Virus record (IMG/VR): IMGVR_UViG_3300042013_000056
Location: 1 to 64,000 of that record
Source: a virus
Length of the DNA: 64,000 nucleotides
Strand: one strand, 5' to 3'
The position numbers and the translations under genes are program-made. This document shows, one piece after another, positions 9,624-19,055 of the stretch. The notes beneath the pieces are model-generated. The model made no database searches, was not told the origin of the DNA, and saw only the letters and a list, made by a program, of their open reading frames with translations. The first letter of the stretch is position 1; each line of letters opens with the position of its first letter.

Positions 9624-9738
9624 TCTTTCCTCGCTTCGTTTGTCACTACCGGGGAAGTGAAGCCATCATGCCACACATTTCCCCAGAAGCAAACATTAAA
9701 ACAGAATTATTTTTGATTTTGTTCTGTTTGAAACAGAA

Positions 9739-10104
9739 TTACGGCTTTACCACACCATCGATCAGGTCGTATTTGATGATCGCGACCTTGGTTTTCGGAC
9801 CTTTGCCCGGATATTCGAAGCTACGCAGCACACCAGTAGTAGGCAGAGGGATCACGTCACCGACAGCAATTTTGCCTTCAAGCTCAGGGTCATACGCTAC
9901 TACAGTGCCGTAGGTAGGGGATTCGCTGACTTGAACTGTTCCAAGCACGATGCCACCTTGGGTGATTTCATCACCAACGCTTTTGACGTGGCTCAGGTCG
10001 ATCATGATTGCTTTGTTGGTCAGGCTGAATTGTTTAGGCAGGGTCATTCTTTTTCCATTTATTGAGAGAGGCTTCACGGGCAGCTTCACGTTCAGCGATT
10101 GCAT
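9739..10104 (-). CDS. 31: gp31 GroES-like co-chaperonin (start likely about 10047)
   Basis: GDEITQGGIVLG mobile loop, VGDVI; T4 synteny. Confidence 0.8.
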   Translation of the reverse strand: MQSLNVKLPVKPLSINGKRMTLPKQFSLTNKAIMIDLSHVKSVGDEITQGGIVLGTVQVSESPTYGTVVAYDPELEGKIAVGDVIPLPTTGVLRSFEYPGKGPKTKVAIIKYDLIDGVVKP

Positions 10105-10219
10105 TCAATCGAACCTGATGCTCGCCCATGTTTTTGCGGATGTCTTTATCATATACATCAAATGGCTTGTTAGCCATTTGATCAATCTGTTCTTGGGTGA
10201 AAACGATTGGAGCAGCCAT
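10034..10219 (-). CDS. Hypothetical protein
   Basis: Coupled ORF. Confidence 0.55.
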   Translation of the reverse strand: MAAPIVFTQEQIDQMANKPFDVYDKDIRKNMGEHQVRLNAIAEREAAREASLNKWKKNDPA

Positions 10220-10533
10220 TATTCAGGCGTACTACCAACGTGATACACGGTGTCGATGCGGAATGTGCGCCATTCTTCTTTGTCAAGGTCGAAAATGCGC
10301 AAAGCAGATTCGGTGAATGGTTTGCTGGTTTCGTTGCCGTACACGTCTTTCCAGCGGTCACCGAGAATCGCTTTGACTACAGCAAGGTTTCGGGTGCAAC
10401 GCATGATACGGTCGTCGCCGTTGACCTTGGTGAATCGGATGTAGGTAACACCCTGATCGGTTTGGCTCAGGATAAAATCGCGTGGGAATTTGTGACTGGT
10501 TGGGAATCCAGCGGGAACGGTACTAGTGGTCAT
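10219..10533 (-). CDS. gp31.1-like (WYL_2/DUF2693-type) protein
   Basis: F.K.NG..R.MRCT...FDLDK.EWR.FR motif. Confidence 0.8.
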   Translation of the reverse strand: MTTSTVPAGFPTSHKFPRDFILSQTDQGVTYIRFTKVNGDDRIMRCTRNLAVVKAILGDRWKDVYGNETSKPFTESALRIFDLDKEEWRTFRIDTVYHVGSTPE

Positions 10534-10994
10534 TGAAGCTCCAATGTATTTTCATCATAAATTGTAAGGGAAATCCCTAATTCGGCTGCGAGTTCTGTTA
10601 CTTCGTCCTGCGATGCGTACCATCGCTTTCTGAAATCCTCGCTACCACTCAAACAGACAACCTTCATCAATCGTCGCTGTTTCATTCTGCATAAGCAGTT
10701 GACACAAGGAGGATGTGTGATATAGATCGTACATCCATCAAAGTATTGTCTGTTAGCAAACGACATGCTGTTGTCTTCGGCATGGAGCGTGTGACGGTAC
10801 TTAAATTCACGGTCGTTCAAGCGTTCTGGCGTATCCTTCATGCCTCTAGGGAACCCGTTGTAGCCGTGGCTTACTGGGTTGCCGTCTGCGTCCACAATGT
10901 ACGCACCGACCTTTGTTGAAGGGTCTTTCGACCATGTGCTTGCTAACCGTGCTGATTCAAAGAACCGTTTCGTCCACAGACGGGGTTGTATCAA
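10530..10994 (-). CDS. cd: dCMP deaminase
   Basis: SKDPSTKVGA, HAE, PCVNC. Confidence 0.93.
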   Translation of the reverse strand: MIQPRLWTKRFFESARLASTWSKDPSTKVGAYIVDADGNPVSHGYNGFPRGMKDTPERLNDREFKYRHTLHAEDNSMSFANRQYFDGCTIYITHPPCVNCLCRMKQRRLMKVVCLSGSEDFRKRWYASQDEVTELAAELGISLTIYDENTLELQ

Positions 10995-11151
10995 ACCCGC
11001 CCGACCATCAGATAGAGCCCAAACGCGACAGCAACAATAGAATTGCCATGTTCAGTCAGGAAGCTCAGCAGCGGAAGGTTCCGCATGGTGTATTCAATCA
11101 ATTTCGTTTTCATGTGCAAATATTACCATGGCAAGGGGCGATTTTAAACAT

Positions 11152-11484
11152 TCACTGACGCTTTCTGTTCAAATCTTCAATTACATCAATCAGGATTGAC
11201 TGACGGTTCACGCATTCAGTCATTAGAGACAGGTTGTGCAGCTCAATGACTGATGCCACCGCTGGTGGCACTGGGGTTGTTGGGGTTGAGATTGGTAGCT
11301 CTACCAACAGATTGAGCGGGCATTTCTGTAGCAGGTACGTTTCTACGTGTATCGGAGCCTGCTTTGATGGTTCCAATTGCTTGATTGTACACGCGGCTAT
11401 AGTCGCCACCAATATCAGGACACAGAGGGGCTTGAATGGCAGCAGCCTGTCTGACAATGACTTCGAGTTTTTGTTTTGTATCAT
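11152..11484 (-). CDS. o-spanin (Rz1-like lipoprotein)
   Basis: Hydrophobic stretch plus lipobox TIAAC; Pro-rich; overlaps i-spanin; T4 pseT.2 position. Confidence 0.7.
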   Translation of the reverse strand: MIQNKNSKSLSDRLLPFKPLCVLILVATIAACTIKQLEPSKQAPIHVETYLLQKCPLNLLVELPISTPTTPVPPAVASVIELHNLSLMTECVNRQSILIDVIEDLNRKRQ

Positions 11485-11698
11485 TTGTGTTGCTCATACC
11501 GGTTGCGGTAATAGATTGGGTGGACTGCCATTCGATTTGTGCCTGTGCTACAGCCGCTTTGATGGCAATGTTGTTGTCACTGGTTACCTTAGCTGCATGC
11601 GCGTCCCAGCCGAGGTTGTAGAGCTTGTAACCACCGAAGATCAGACAAAGGGCAATACCTGCCCCAATGATCCATTTCAATTCACTTTCAAAAGGCAT
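11243..11698 (-). CDS. i-spanin (Rz-like)
   Basis: N-terminal TM helix plus coiled coil. Confidence 0.7.
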   Translation of the reverse strand: MPFESELKWIIGAGIALCLIFGGYKLYNLGWDAHAAKVTSDNNIAIKAAVAQAQIEWQSTQSITATGMSNTNDTKQKLEVIVRQAAAIQAPLCPDIGGDYSRVYNQAIGTIKAGSDTRRNVPATEMPAQSVGRATNLNPNNPSATSGGISH

Positions 11699-11713
11699 TT
11701 GGTTCTCACATAG

Positions 11714-11736
11714 AAAAGGGGCCGGATGGCCCCTTT
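11714..11736 (-). terminator. Intrinsic terminator after nrdB
   Basis: GGGGCC-ATCC-GGCCCC plus TTTT. Confidence 0.8.
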
Positions 11737-11743
11737 GATAGAA

Positions 11744-12784
11744 TTACAGCTTATCCCAACCGGCCATCGAAGCAGCTTGGTTATAAGATGTGGTTGTTGT
11801 CTCAAAGAAGTTTTCGCGGGTGGAGCCTTCTTGAGCGGACTGGTTCAAATGCTTGTACGGATTGACAACATCCGGGTACATCTTTTCAATTCCAATACGT
11901 TCAAGACGGTCGTTCGCCAAATCCATTACGAAATCGGCGGAACTTTTCTTGCTGATACCCAAAATCTTGTTACCGTAAATCTCATGACACCATTTGATTT
12001 CTTCTTCAACGGCACGACCAAACATATCTTGGATCATACCGGTGTGTTTCTTGATCCCGGCTTTGGTGCCGGTCATTTCATCTTTGATTACGTTCATGTT
12101 GATGCCAACGTGTGTCAGCTCATCACGACGAATGTAGTCGATTACTTTGTCAGTCTTGACCAGCTTCTGGCGGTGGGCCAATTGGTCGAAGAACTGGAAG
12201 CCTTGATAGAAATACACACCTTCAAGGATGTAGTTCGCAATCATGACTTTTTGGAAGCCTTGGCGGGTTTGGTTGGTCAAAAACTCTTGACCAGCGTCCG
12301 CGATGAATTTGTTTCGTTGCAGAAGCAACGGGTTGTCACGCCATCTATCGTAAATCTGGTTACGTTCGGTGGTTTCATACAGACTTTCAAGAATGTATTG
12401 GTACGATTCAGTATGGATTACTTCTTGGAACCCTTGGATAACAAACAGGTTCTTCACAGCCGGTGCGGTGATGTATTCTGCAATGTTCGGCAGGTTGTTG
12501 GTTTGATACGAATCCAAGAAGATCAGAAAGCTCAAGGTATCTTTTACCGCAGAGTTTTCATCGGCAGTCAGGTTTGATTTCGAAATAACGTCTTCGTTCA
12601 AACTAACCTTCTGTGGAATCCAGAAGTTACCGATCATTGTTTTGTACAGCGGGTTAACCCACTTGTGTTTGATTTGGTTCAGGTTGGAAATACCTGTAGG
12701 GTTACCACCAATCAACTTTTGTTCGCTGATGTCATCGTTACCGTTGATGTTAAACAGTAATGGCTTTTGCAGTTTATCGCTCAT
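11744..12784 (-). CDS. nrdB: Ribonucleotide reductase class Ia beta subunit
   Basis: EVIHTESY, IRRDELTH di-iron ligands, NFFE; uninterrupted. Confidence 0.96.
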   Translation of the reverse strand: MSDKLQKPLLFNINGNDDISEQKLIGGNPTGISNLNQIKHKWVNPLYKTMIGNFWIPQKVSLNEDVISKSNLTADENSAVKDTLSFLIFLDSYQTNNLPNIAEYITAPAVKNLFVIQGFQEVIHTESYQYILESLYETTERNQIYDRWRDNPLLLQRNKFIADAGQEFLTNQTRQGFQKVMIANYILEGVYFYQGFQFFDQLAHRQKLVKTDKVIDYIRRDELTHVGINMNVIKDEMTGTKAGIKKHTGMIQDMFGRAVEEEIKWCHEIYGNKILGISKKSSADFVMDLANDRLERIGIEKMYPDVVNPYKHLNQSAQEGSTRENFFETTTTSYNQAASMAGWDKL

Positions 12785-12836
12785 CTTTCACTCTTAGTTC
12801 AATAAAGCGGCCATTTCTGACCGCAATTCAATTTGA

Positions 12837-15020
12837 TCAGCCTGCGCAAGCCGCACAAACTTCGTCTTTACCTGAAACCGTTTCACCTTCTTTGATGGTA
12901 CGGACGTAATAAACCGTCTTGTTACCGTTCAGCCAAGATTCCTCATACACGTCATAGACCCACTTGGCATCTACACCCGGAAGGTTCATGTTGATCACGT
13001 ATTCAGCGGAAATCCCAGTGTCCACGAACTTCTGCAATGCACCAATTGTTTTGGTCAGTACAGCCGGGTAGTAAGTCCCGATGTTGCGTGAATAGTTCAA
13101 TGGGTTTTCTTTGATGAACATCGCAGAAACTGGCATCTTGCCGTCTTTGTTGTCTTCGTAGAAGAAGCCAGCGTAAACAGGCATTGGCCCAGCCGAAGCA
13201 TCCATGAAAATGGAAGAACTTGTGTTTGGTGCCGGTGAAGTCAATTGGCTGTTACGAATACCGTACAGGTCAATTTGAGTTTGAACGTATTCCCATGTAC
13301 CCGGTGGCAACTGACTGTACTTCGAGAAGTGTCGAGTCATTTCGCCGGTATCCCACATCGAACCTTTGAAAGCCGGGTATGCACCACGTTCTTTAGCCAG
13401 TTCAATCGATTCCAGAACACAACCGTATTCGATCAGTTCAGCAACTTGCATCGCAAACATATGATCGGTATATGGTTTGTTGTACTTCGCGAAGATATCG
13501 TGCAGACCTTGGATACCAACACCGATGGTCCTGTATTTCAGGTTGTGGAACTTACTGATAGCAACCGGTGGTCGAGTCAGTTCAATACCGTTATCCAGAA
13601 TACGGGTAGCGATTCGAGCTTGTACAGTCAGTTCGTCAAGGGTTTCGCAACGACCAACAACAATACTTGCAAGGTTACATGTGTGAGCTTCGACATCAGC
13701 ATCAATGTTCGCGTACGATTCAACACACAGGTTTGCACACTTAACAACACCGCAGTGTTTGTTAGGGTTCATGCGGTTAACGGTATCAGTCCAGAACACA
13801 TAAGGCATGCCGGTTTCAACCACAACTTGCAAGAACTTGATCCAGTGAGCTTTCGCGTTATATACACGAACTACTTCAAGATCACCACGTTGGTAAGCGT
13901 CAACACACTTCCAATATGCAGCTTCGAATTCATCGCCCCAGAGCATATCCAGACGAATACCCAGAACTTTTTCAACTTCATATGGGCAGAATGTGTGCCA
14001 CAGTTCGTCAGGGTTGTTTTTCAACTTCATGAACAAGTCTGGAACACAGATTTGCGGCTTGATGTCGAAACACTTCTTACGTGGGTCACCGGCTTCGGTC
14101 TGGATGTCCAGATAGTTCGAAATGTCAGCGTGCCACATTGGCAATGCTACGGTGATTGCACCAGCTCGTTTACCGGCTTGGTTCACGTATACGGCTACAT
14201 CGTTCAGGAACTTGACCCAGCCAAAGATACCACCGGCTTTGCCCTTCTGGCCCATCAGAGACGATCCAAGGGCACGCACGCGACCCATGTAGACGCCCAT
14301 ACCACCACCAAGCTTGGAAATCTCCGCAGCTCGTTTGATGTTGTCCATAATCGAATCAAGATCATCGTTGATTTCGAGAATGAAACAGGAACTGATGTTA
14401 CCGTTTTTACGCAGGTTGCTCAGCCATGGTGTGGCTTGGGAAATCTTGCGGTTAGACAATGAATCATACACTGTTTTTGTGAAATCTAAACGTTTGGTAT
14501 CATCTTTTTCAACAGAAGAAATGATCATGGAATTTGTCATGAACATGTGTTGAATCAATTCATCGTCATGCAGGTATTTGTTTTCCGCAGTAACAGCCGA
14601 TGCAAAGCTATGGTTCAGGTCGCGTTCAGGTACAAGGTGTTCACCCAGTTCTTTCAATTCTTCATATGAGAAAGATTTGATGCCGGGGTGTGTGTAATCT
14701 TCGGTATCAAGTTGAGACTGAATGTAGTCTCCGAAATCCATTTCATAATTCTTGGAGTCAGACCAACGACCCATCGTCTTGAGACGACCGGCAACTAATG
14801 TCCACTCTGGGGTTTCTGGTGTAGCGAGGATGATTGCGTGATGAATCAGGTTCTGATTAATCTGTCTGGTTTCGATACCGTCATAGATGAACTGGTCGAA
14901 TTTCGATTCCAACTCAAGGGGGTTTACATCCAGATTTTCACACGCGAGTTGAATAGCGTATTTAATCTTTGAAACGTCATAGGTGGCTCTACGCCCGTCC
15001 CGTTTAATAACTTCTGTCAT
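12837..15020 (-). CDS. nrdA: Ribonucleotide reductase class Ia alpha subunit
   Basis: ATP cone VIKRDG, SSCF, NLCVE, TSPAPN, C-terminal CxxC. Confidence 0.96.
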   Translation of the reverse strand: MTEVIKRDGRRATYDVSKIKYAIQLACENLDVNPLELESKFDQFIYDGIETRQINQNLIHHAIILATPETPEWTLVAGRLKTMGRWSDSKNYEMDFGDYIQSQLDTEDYTHPGIKSFSYEELKELGEHLVPERDLNHSFASAVTAENKYLHDDELIQHMFMTNSMIISSVEKDDTKRLDFTKTVYDSLSNRKISQATPWLSNLRKNGNISSCFILEINDDLDSIMDNIKRAAEISKLGGGMGVYMGRVRALGSSLMGQKGKAGGIFGWVKFLNDVAVYVNQAGKRAGAITVALPMWHADISNYLDIQTEAGDPRKKCFDIKPQICVPDLFMKLKNNPDELWHTFCPYEVEKVLGIRLDMLWGDEFEAAYWKCVDAYQRGDLEVVRVYNAKAHWIKFLQVVVETGMPYVFWTDTVNRMNPNKHCGVVKCANLCVESYANIDADVEAHTCNLASIVVGRCETLDELTVQARIATRILDNGIELTRPPVAISKFHNLKYRTIGVGIQGLHDIFAKYNKPYTDHMFAMQVAELIEYGCVLESIELAKERGAYPAFKGSMWDTGEMTRHFSKYSQLPPGTWEYVQTQIDLYGIRNSQLTSPAPNTSSSIFMDASAGPMPVYAGFFYEDNKDGKMPVSAMFIKENPLNYSRNIGTYYPAVLTKTIGALQKFVDTGISAEYVINMNLPGVDAKWVYDVYEESWLNGNKTVYYVRTIKEGETVSGKDEVCAACAG

Positions 15021-15119
15021 TACTACCTCAAAAACATGGATAGGGTAGTTTTATTACCCGTGCGTGGTTGGATTAGTATTTATGCTCCGATCCACAGAGA
15101 ATGAACAAATTTGATATAA

Positions 15120-15148
15120 ATTCGGTTGATATTTGCTATCAACCGAAT
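15120..15148. repeat. 11-bp inverted repeat between td and nrdA
   Basis: ATTCGGTTGAT-7nt-ATCAACCGAAT. Confidence 0.75.
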
Positions 15149-15152
15149 ATTT

Positions 15153-16112
15153 TTACACTGCCATCGGTGCTTTGATTGCAGCGTGACTTTCGTAACCTTC
15201 CAGTTCGAAATCACTGACAGATGCATTTTCGAAATCTTCCAAAGTTCTCAGACTCGGATGAATCCACAGTTTCGGTGCTGGCAGTGGTTCACGACTCAGT
15301 TGTTCAAGAACCTGTTCGGTGTGGTTTGTGTAAATGTGTGTATCACCAAGTTGACCGGTCAGATAACGAGGGGTCTTCTTGAGGATTCGACCGAAGATCG
15401 CCAACATCACACCGTATGATGCAATGTTGAACGGAAGCCCGAGGAAACTATCTACAGACCGTTGCGTCCACAACAGGTCGATGTAGTCACCGGTAATACG
15501 GATTTGGAAGCCGTAGTGACACGGTGGGAGCGTCATCAGATGTTGTTCCGATGGATTCCATGCACTAACGACCATTCGACGGCATTCGGGGTTTGTAGAG
15601 GCTCTATCAAGCAAGTTCTTTACTTGGTCGATCCGGCGTTCGTAGAAATTGTGACCTTCGTATGTGTCATAACCGATTTTGTTATAACCCATCAGTTCCA
15701 GTTCAATTTCATGTGCTTCGGATTGGTAAGAGTCGTCAACGATCATGTCACGACGGCCACGCCATTGACCACCATACACCGGCCCAAGCTCGCCATCGGT
15801 ATAACCCAATGCTTTGCCTTGCTCGTTGTAGTTTGCGTCCCAGATGGTTTTCTTGTCGAGATTGAAGCGATTTTCTTCGCCGTACAGAAGTGCGCGAAGT
15901 TCGTTAACGTTGGTCGAACCTTTCAGGAACCACAGAAGTTCGGATACTACCGATTTCCATGCCAGTTTCTTAGCTGTAACAGCCGGGAACCCTTCCAACA
16001 GGTTGAATTTGATTTGTTCACCGAAGATGGCCAGAGTACCAACTTGGGTACGATCAATGACTTTTTCACCTTCGTTGAGGATTTTGCGGTAAAGCTGGTT
16101 CAGTTCTTTCAA
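15153..16112 (-). CDS. td: Thymidylate synthase
   Basis: ELLWFL, LPPCH, QRSVDSFLGLPFNIASY; no intron. Confidence 0.96.
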   Translation of the reverse strand: MKELNQLYRKILNEGEKVIDRTQVGTLAIFGEQIKFNLLEGFPAVTAKKLAWKSVVSELLWFLKGSTNVNELRALLYGEENRFNLDKKTIWDANYNEQGKALGYTDGELGPVYGGQWRGRRDMIVDDSYQSEAHEIELELMGYNKIGYDTYEGHNFYERRIDQVKNLLDRASTNPECRRMVVSAWNPSEQHLMTLPPCHYGFQIRITGDYIDLLWTQRSVDSFLGLPFNIASYGVMLAIFGRILKKTPRYLTGQLGDTHIYTNHTEQVLEQLSREPLPAPKLWIHPSLRTLEDFENASVSDFELEGYESHAAIKAPMAV

Positions 16113-16651
16113 TGTATCGGCCTTGAATAAGTTTCAAACAATAAATCCGGCTGGTTATCATCACCGGGAACTCTCACTTCATATTCGAGCTTGTAAGCCT
16201 GTTGCAGATATCCACGCATATCAAAGTATGTGTCGCCTTCGTATATATCTTGAACAACAGTTACATGGACTTGTTCAGCAAATTCGTAGAATGTTTTGTA
16301 GATATTCGCACCACCGATAATCACAACATCTTGGTTCGGGTATGCGTCTCGAATTGCTTGCATTACTTCGCCGGGAGTACCTTTCACCAGCATGTCAGGG
16401 CCGGTCAATTCTTGGTTGGTAATCACGATATTAATTCGGTTGGGTAATTTCTTTGGGAGTGATTCCCAAGTAGCTCTACCCATTACTACGATTTTGTTCT
16501 TGGTGTGTTGGATAAACCATTTCATGTCCGCAACCATGTGGGGCCACGGCAGATCACCATTATTACCGATCACTGCTGACAGGCTTGTTGCATAAATCAT
16601 TGAAATCAAGTTGATCCCCAAAGAAAAGGGGGCAAAAGCCCCCATTTTCAA
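16109..16651 (-). CDS. frd: Dihydrofolate reductase
   Basis: IGNNGDLPW, VMGRATWESL, IIGGANIY. Confidence 0.95.
   Translation of the reverse strand: MKMGAFAPFSLGINLISMIYATSLSAVIGNNGDLPWPHMVADMKWFIQHTKNKIVVMGRATWESLPKKLPNRINIVITNQELTGPDMLVKGTPGEVMQAIRDAYPNQDVVIIGGANIYKTFYEFAEQVHVTVVQDIYEGDTYFDMRGYLQQAYKLEYEVRVPGDDNQPDLLFETYSRPIH
16623..16648 (-). terminator. Intrinsic terminator after gene 32
   Basis: GGGGGC-TTTT-GCCCCC plus TTTT. Confidence 0.75.
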
Positions 16652-16656
16652 ATTAA

Positions 16657-17610
16657 TTAATCAAGCGATGCAAGGAATGCATCCAGATCGTCGGCTACAT
16701 CACCGCTAACACCATCTTCTTTACCGCCAGTAACTGGAGTATCGAATGGGATATCTTCGGTCAAATCAACCTTTTCCGGTTCTTTATGAACACGGGTTGG
16801 GTTTTCCGCTTGAGCTTCGCGAACTTCACGTTCAGCCGAAGTTTCACGACGGGTCGCAGTTGCACCGGTAGCACGGGCATACGACTTGAACTGATCTTCT
16901 TTCGACTTGAATTGCTTCTCATCGGTAATAGTTTTCAGTGGGTGCATTGCATTCCAAACAGCTTCCAGTTTTTCTTCGTCGCCTTTGAACAGTTCCGACA
17001 CAGGGCCGAATACCGAATCATCGTAGTTGGCAAAGCCAGCAACTTGTTTAACTTTCAGGTAGAAGTTTGCACCTTCAAACACATCTGTAACAACGATTGG
17101 TTCAATTTCATCAATGGTTGGAGACAGTGCGGCTTGGATTTTTTCGAAGATTTTCTTACCGAAACGGTATTTGAAAACCTTACCAACTGCTTCTGGGTTT
17201 GCTTCATCTTTGATAACAACGATGTTCGCCCAGTAGGACAGTTTACGGGCACGGGCAGAAGCCAATTTCTTGGACGCTTCGTCGCCGTCTTGACCAGCTT
17301 TGAACAATGCGCCGTTTGTAGAACAAACAGGGCAGTCATCGTATGCGCCGCCAATGGTGGTAGTACAGTTTTCGATGTACCATTTGCCGGTCGATGGGTC
17401 TTTGAAACTGTGGTTGTAAATTTTTACAAACGGGATCAGTTCGCCGTTTTCACCCTTTGCAGGCAAGAAACGAATTGTTGCAGCACCGTTGCCTGCTTTG
17501 TCGGAGGTCAGTACCCATTCAGTTGGGTCTTTCTCAAACTTTTGAGTGCCGGACAGAGTTTGCAGTTGAGCGGCCAGATCAGCGGTGGATTGCTTATTAC
17601 GTTTAAACAT
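16657..17610 (-). CDS. 32: Single-stranded DNA-binding protein gp32
   Basis: MFKR start, IRFLP, H..C...CPVC zinc site, acidic tail. Confidence 0.96.
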   Translation of the reverse strand: MFKRNKQSTADLAAQLQTLSGTQKFEKDPTEWVLTSDKAGNGAATIRFLPAKGENGELIPFVKIYNHSFKDPSTGKWYIENCTTTIGGAYDDCPVCSTNGALFKAGQDGDEASKKLASARARKLSYWANIVVIKDEANPEAVGKVFKYRFGKKIFEKIQAALSPTIDEIEPIVVTDVFEGANFYLKVKQVAGFANYDDSVFGPVSELFKGDEEKLEAVWNAMHPLKTITDEKQFKSKEDQFKSYARATGATATRRETSAEREVREAQAENPTRVHKEPEKVDLTEDIPFDTPVTGGKEDGVSGDVADDLDAFLASLD

Positions 17611-17704
17611 CTTTTTCTATTCTCTTTTTAATCATTAATGGTCAGTTACATACACCGACAACGCCACTCGCCGGGATGCCGTGAACTCTCACGGTACTTG
17701 TTAT

Positions 17705-17935
17705 TTAGTCGTCTTTTTCAGCAAGTCTTTTTTCAAGAGCCTTAAAATCAACTAACAGATCGTCAATGTCGAGATATGCAAACTCGTAAGGCACGATGAA
17801 TGTGTCATCGACAATCAGTTCGATAAAGAGAACGTTTTGAATTGCATACAGGTCGTGAAGCTTATTCGGACTAAAACGAAACATCTGCTGTTCGATTCCA
17901 AGGCAGATGTTAACTACTTGCGGATTTGATAACAT
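17705..17935 (-). CDS. Hypothetical protein between genes 59 and 32
   Basis: Coupled ORF; ACTAAATA late promoter (17702-17709) overlaps its stop. Confidence 0.6.
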   Translation of the reverse strand: MLSNPQVVNICLGIEQQMFRFSPNKLHDLYAIQNVLFIELIVDDTFIVPYEFAYLDIDDLLVDFKALEKRLAEKDD

Positions 17936-18542
17936 CTTTCAATAACACTTCGTTCACAGTAAAAAGCTTACTGTATTTGTGCAGACGGAACGCTGTTTCT
18001 TTATAGATAAAAGACTCAGCATCTTTTAGGAATGGAACAATTGAATCAACCAACACTACAAATTCAGCCGATACGCGATTCTGTTCAAACTCAGAGAGAA
18101 TAAACGGTGTCTCGCCTTTCAGAGAGCTTGAGAATTTGATATGTTTATTATACAACGCAATGAGGTATGAACTAAACATTGATTCAAATTGATTTTTGGG
18201 GTTGTCAAGAAAACCTTTGGCCTGTAACAGCCGGGATTCTCCTACATCACCCAGAAAATCACGTACCCAGTTCGAATGGATTGCATTTCGCCCATAGAAC
18301 AAAACCCAATCCTCTGGTTTGTAGTTCCGGGCAATTCTATCAAACGCGAATTTCTCAGGGTAACTGTGTTCGTTCCATTTCTTTGGTGCAGGTTTCTTGA
18401 AACTGTACTTAACACCATCATATTTGGATGTGATGTGAAGGCTTACCGCAGAATAAAGCTTGTAAGCTTCAAATCCATTCCGAAATACTTTCGGCATCGC
18501 CGTAGGTTTCAGGCTTAATAGTGCGGTCATTGATACCTTCAA
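17910..18542 (-). CDS. 59: Helicase loader gp59
   Basis: NGFEAYKLY...KYDGVKY; synteny. Confidence 0.88.
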   Translation of the reverse strand: MKVSMTALLSLKPTAMPKVFRNGFEAYKLYSAVSLHITSKYDGVKYSFKKPAPKKWNEHSYPEKFAFDRIARNYKPEDWVLFYGRNAIHSNWVRDFLGDVGESRLLQAKGFLDNPKNQFESMFSSYLIALYNKHIKFSSSLKGETPFILSEFEQNRVSAEFVVLVDSIVPFLKDAESFIYKETAFRLHKYSKLFTVNEVLLKDVIKSASS

Positions 18543-18738
18543 GATACAATTTCTGTTTCAATGATTCACTGATGTACTTTGGAAGCAAATCTTCTTCGAT
18601 TTCAAGTTCATCAGCTAAGGTCAGAACAGTAGTAGCAAAGCTACCACCGTCACGATGTACTCTGAGTTCTACTTCCATACTGAATGAAGAAGCTTTCTTA
18701 CTCATCGGATTCTGCTTCTGGTTGGTCAACTTCACCAA
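18469..18738 (-). CDS. 33: Late transcription co-activator gp33 (start likely about 18705)
   Basis: FSMEVE...ISESLKQKL..E pattern; between dsbA and 59. Confidence 0.85.
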   Translation of the reverse strand: MVKLTNQKQNPMSKKASSFSMEVELRVHRDGGSFATTVLTLADELEIEEDLLPKYISESLKQKLYLEGINDRTIKPETYGDAESISEWI

Positions 18739-19003
18739 AAACCATTACATACAGTTCTTTGCGGTTTTCGAACGCAGCTTCACGGGCCAAAATATCTTGT
18801 TTGTGATACATGGTTGCCAATGCGTTGAAGTCGCCGGTTTTGATTTTGAAGTCGTCTTTGACCTTATCCGAAATCTCTTTCATCAGGTCTTTTTCTGCGT
18901 CAATTCGCAGCATGGCCGCAGCACGTTCTTTGGCTGCATCCTTCACGGCTTGAAGATCGGAAGGGGAAAGGTGTTCGTAGTTGCCAGTTTCGATAATGCT
19001 CAT
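18698..19003 (-). CDS. dsbA: dsDNA-binding protein DsbA
   Basis: KEISDKVKDDF...FN.L..MYHKQ; synteny. Confidence 0.85.
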   Translation of the reverse strand: MSIIETGNYEHLSPSDLQAVKDAAKERAAAMLRIDAEKDLMKEISDKVKDDFKIKTGDFNALATMYHKQDILAREAAFENRKELYVMVFGEVDQPEAESDE

Positions 19004-19033
19004 TTGTTACCCTGTTCAATATATTCAAAAAGT

Positions 19034-19049
19034 CGGGGCCGTAGCCCCA
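19034..19049 (-). terminator. Terminator with C(UACG)G tetraloop after rIIB
   Basis: GGGGC-TACG-GCCCC followed by GACTTTTT. Confidence 0.75.
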
Positions 19050-19055
19050 ACCAAA

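Noticed and set aside
13245-14462. 405-aa plus-strand ORF (also 11726-12577, 16786-17631, 38242-39009 and similar)
   Set aside because: Antisense shadows of real minus-strand genes caused by codon bias; no SD, promoter or recognisable motifs
15020-15150. NrdR box upstream of nrdA
   Set aside because: No convincing match to the NrdR palindrome consensus
11744-16112. Group I introns in td/nrdB as in T4
   Set aside because: Both genes are single uninterrupted ORFs of normal length
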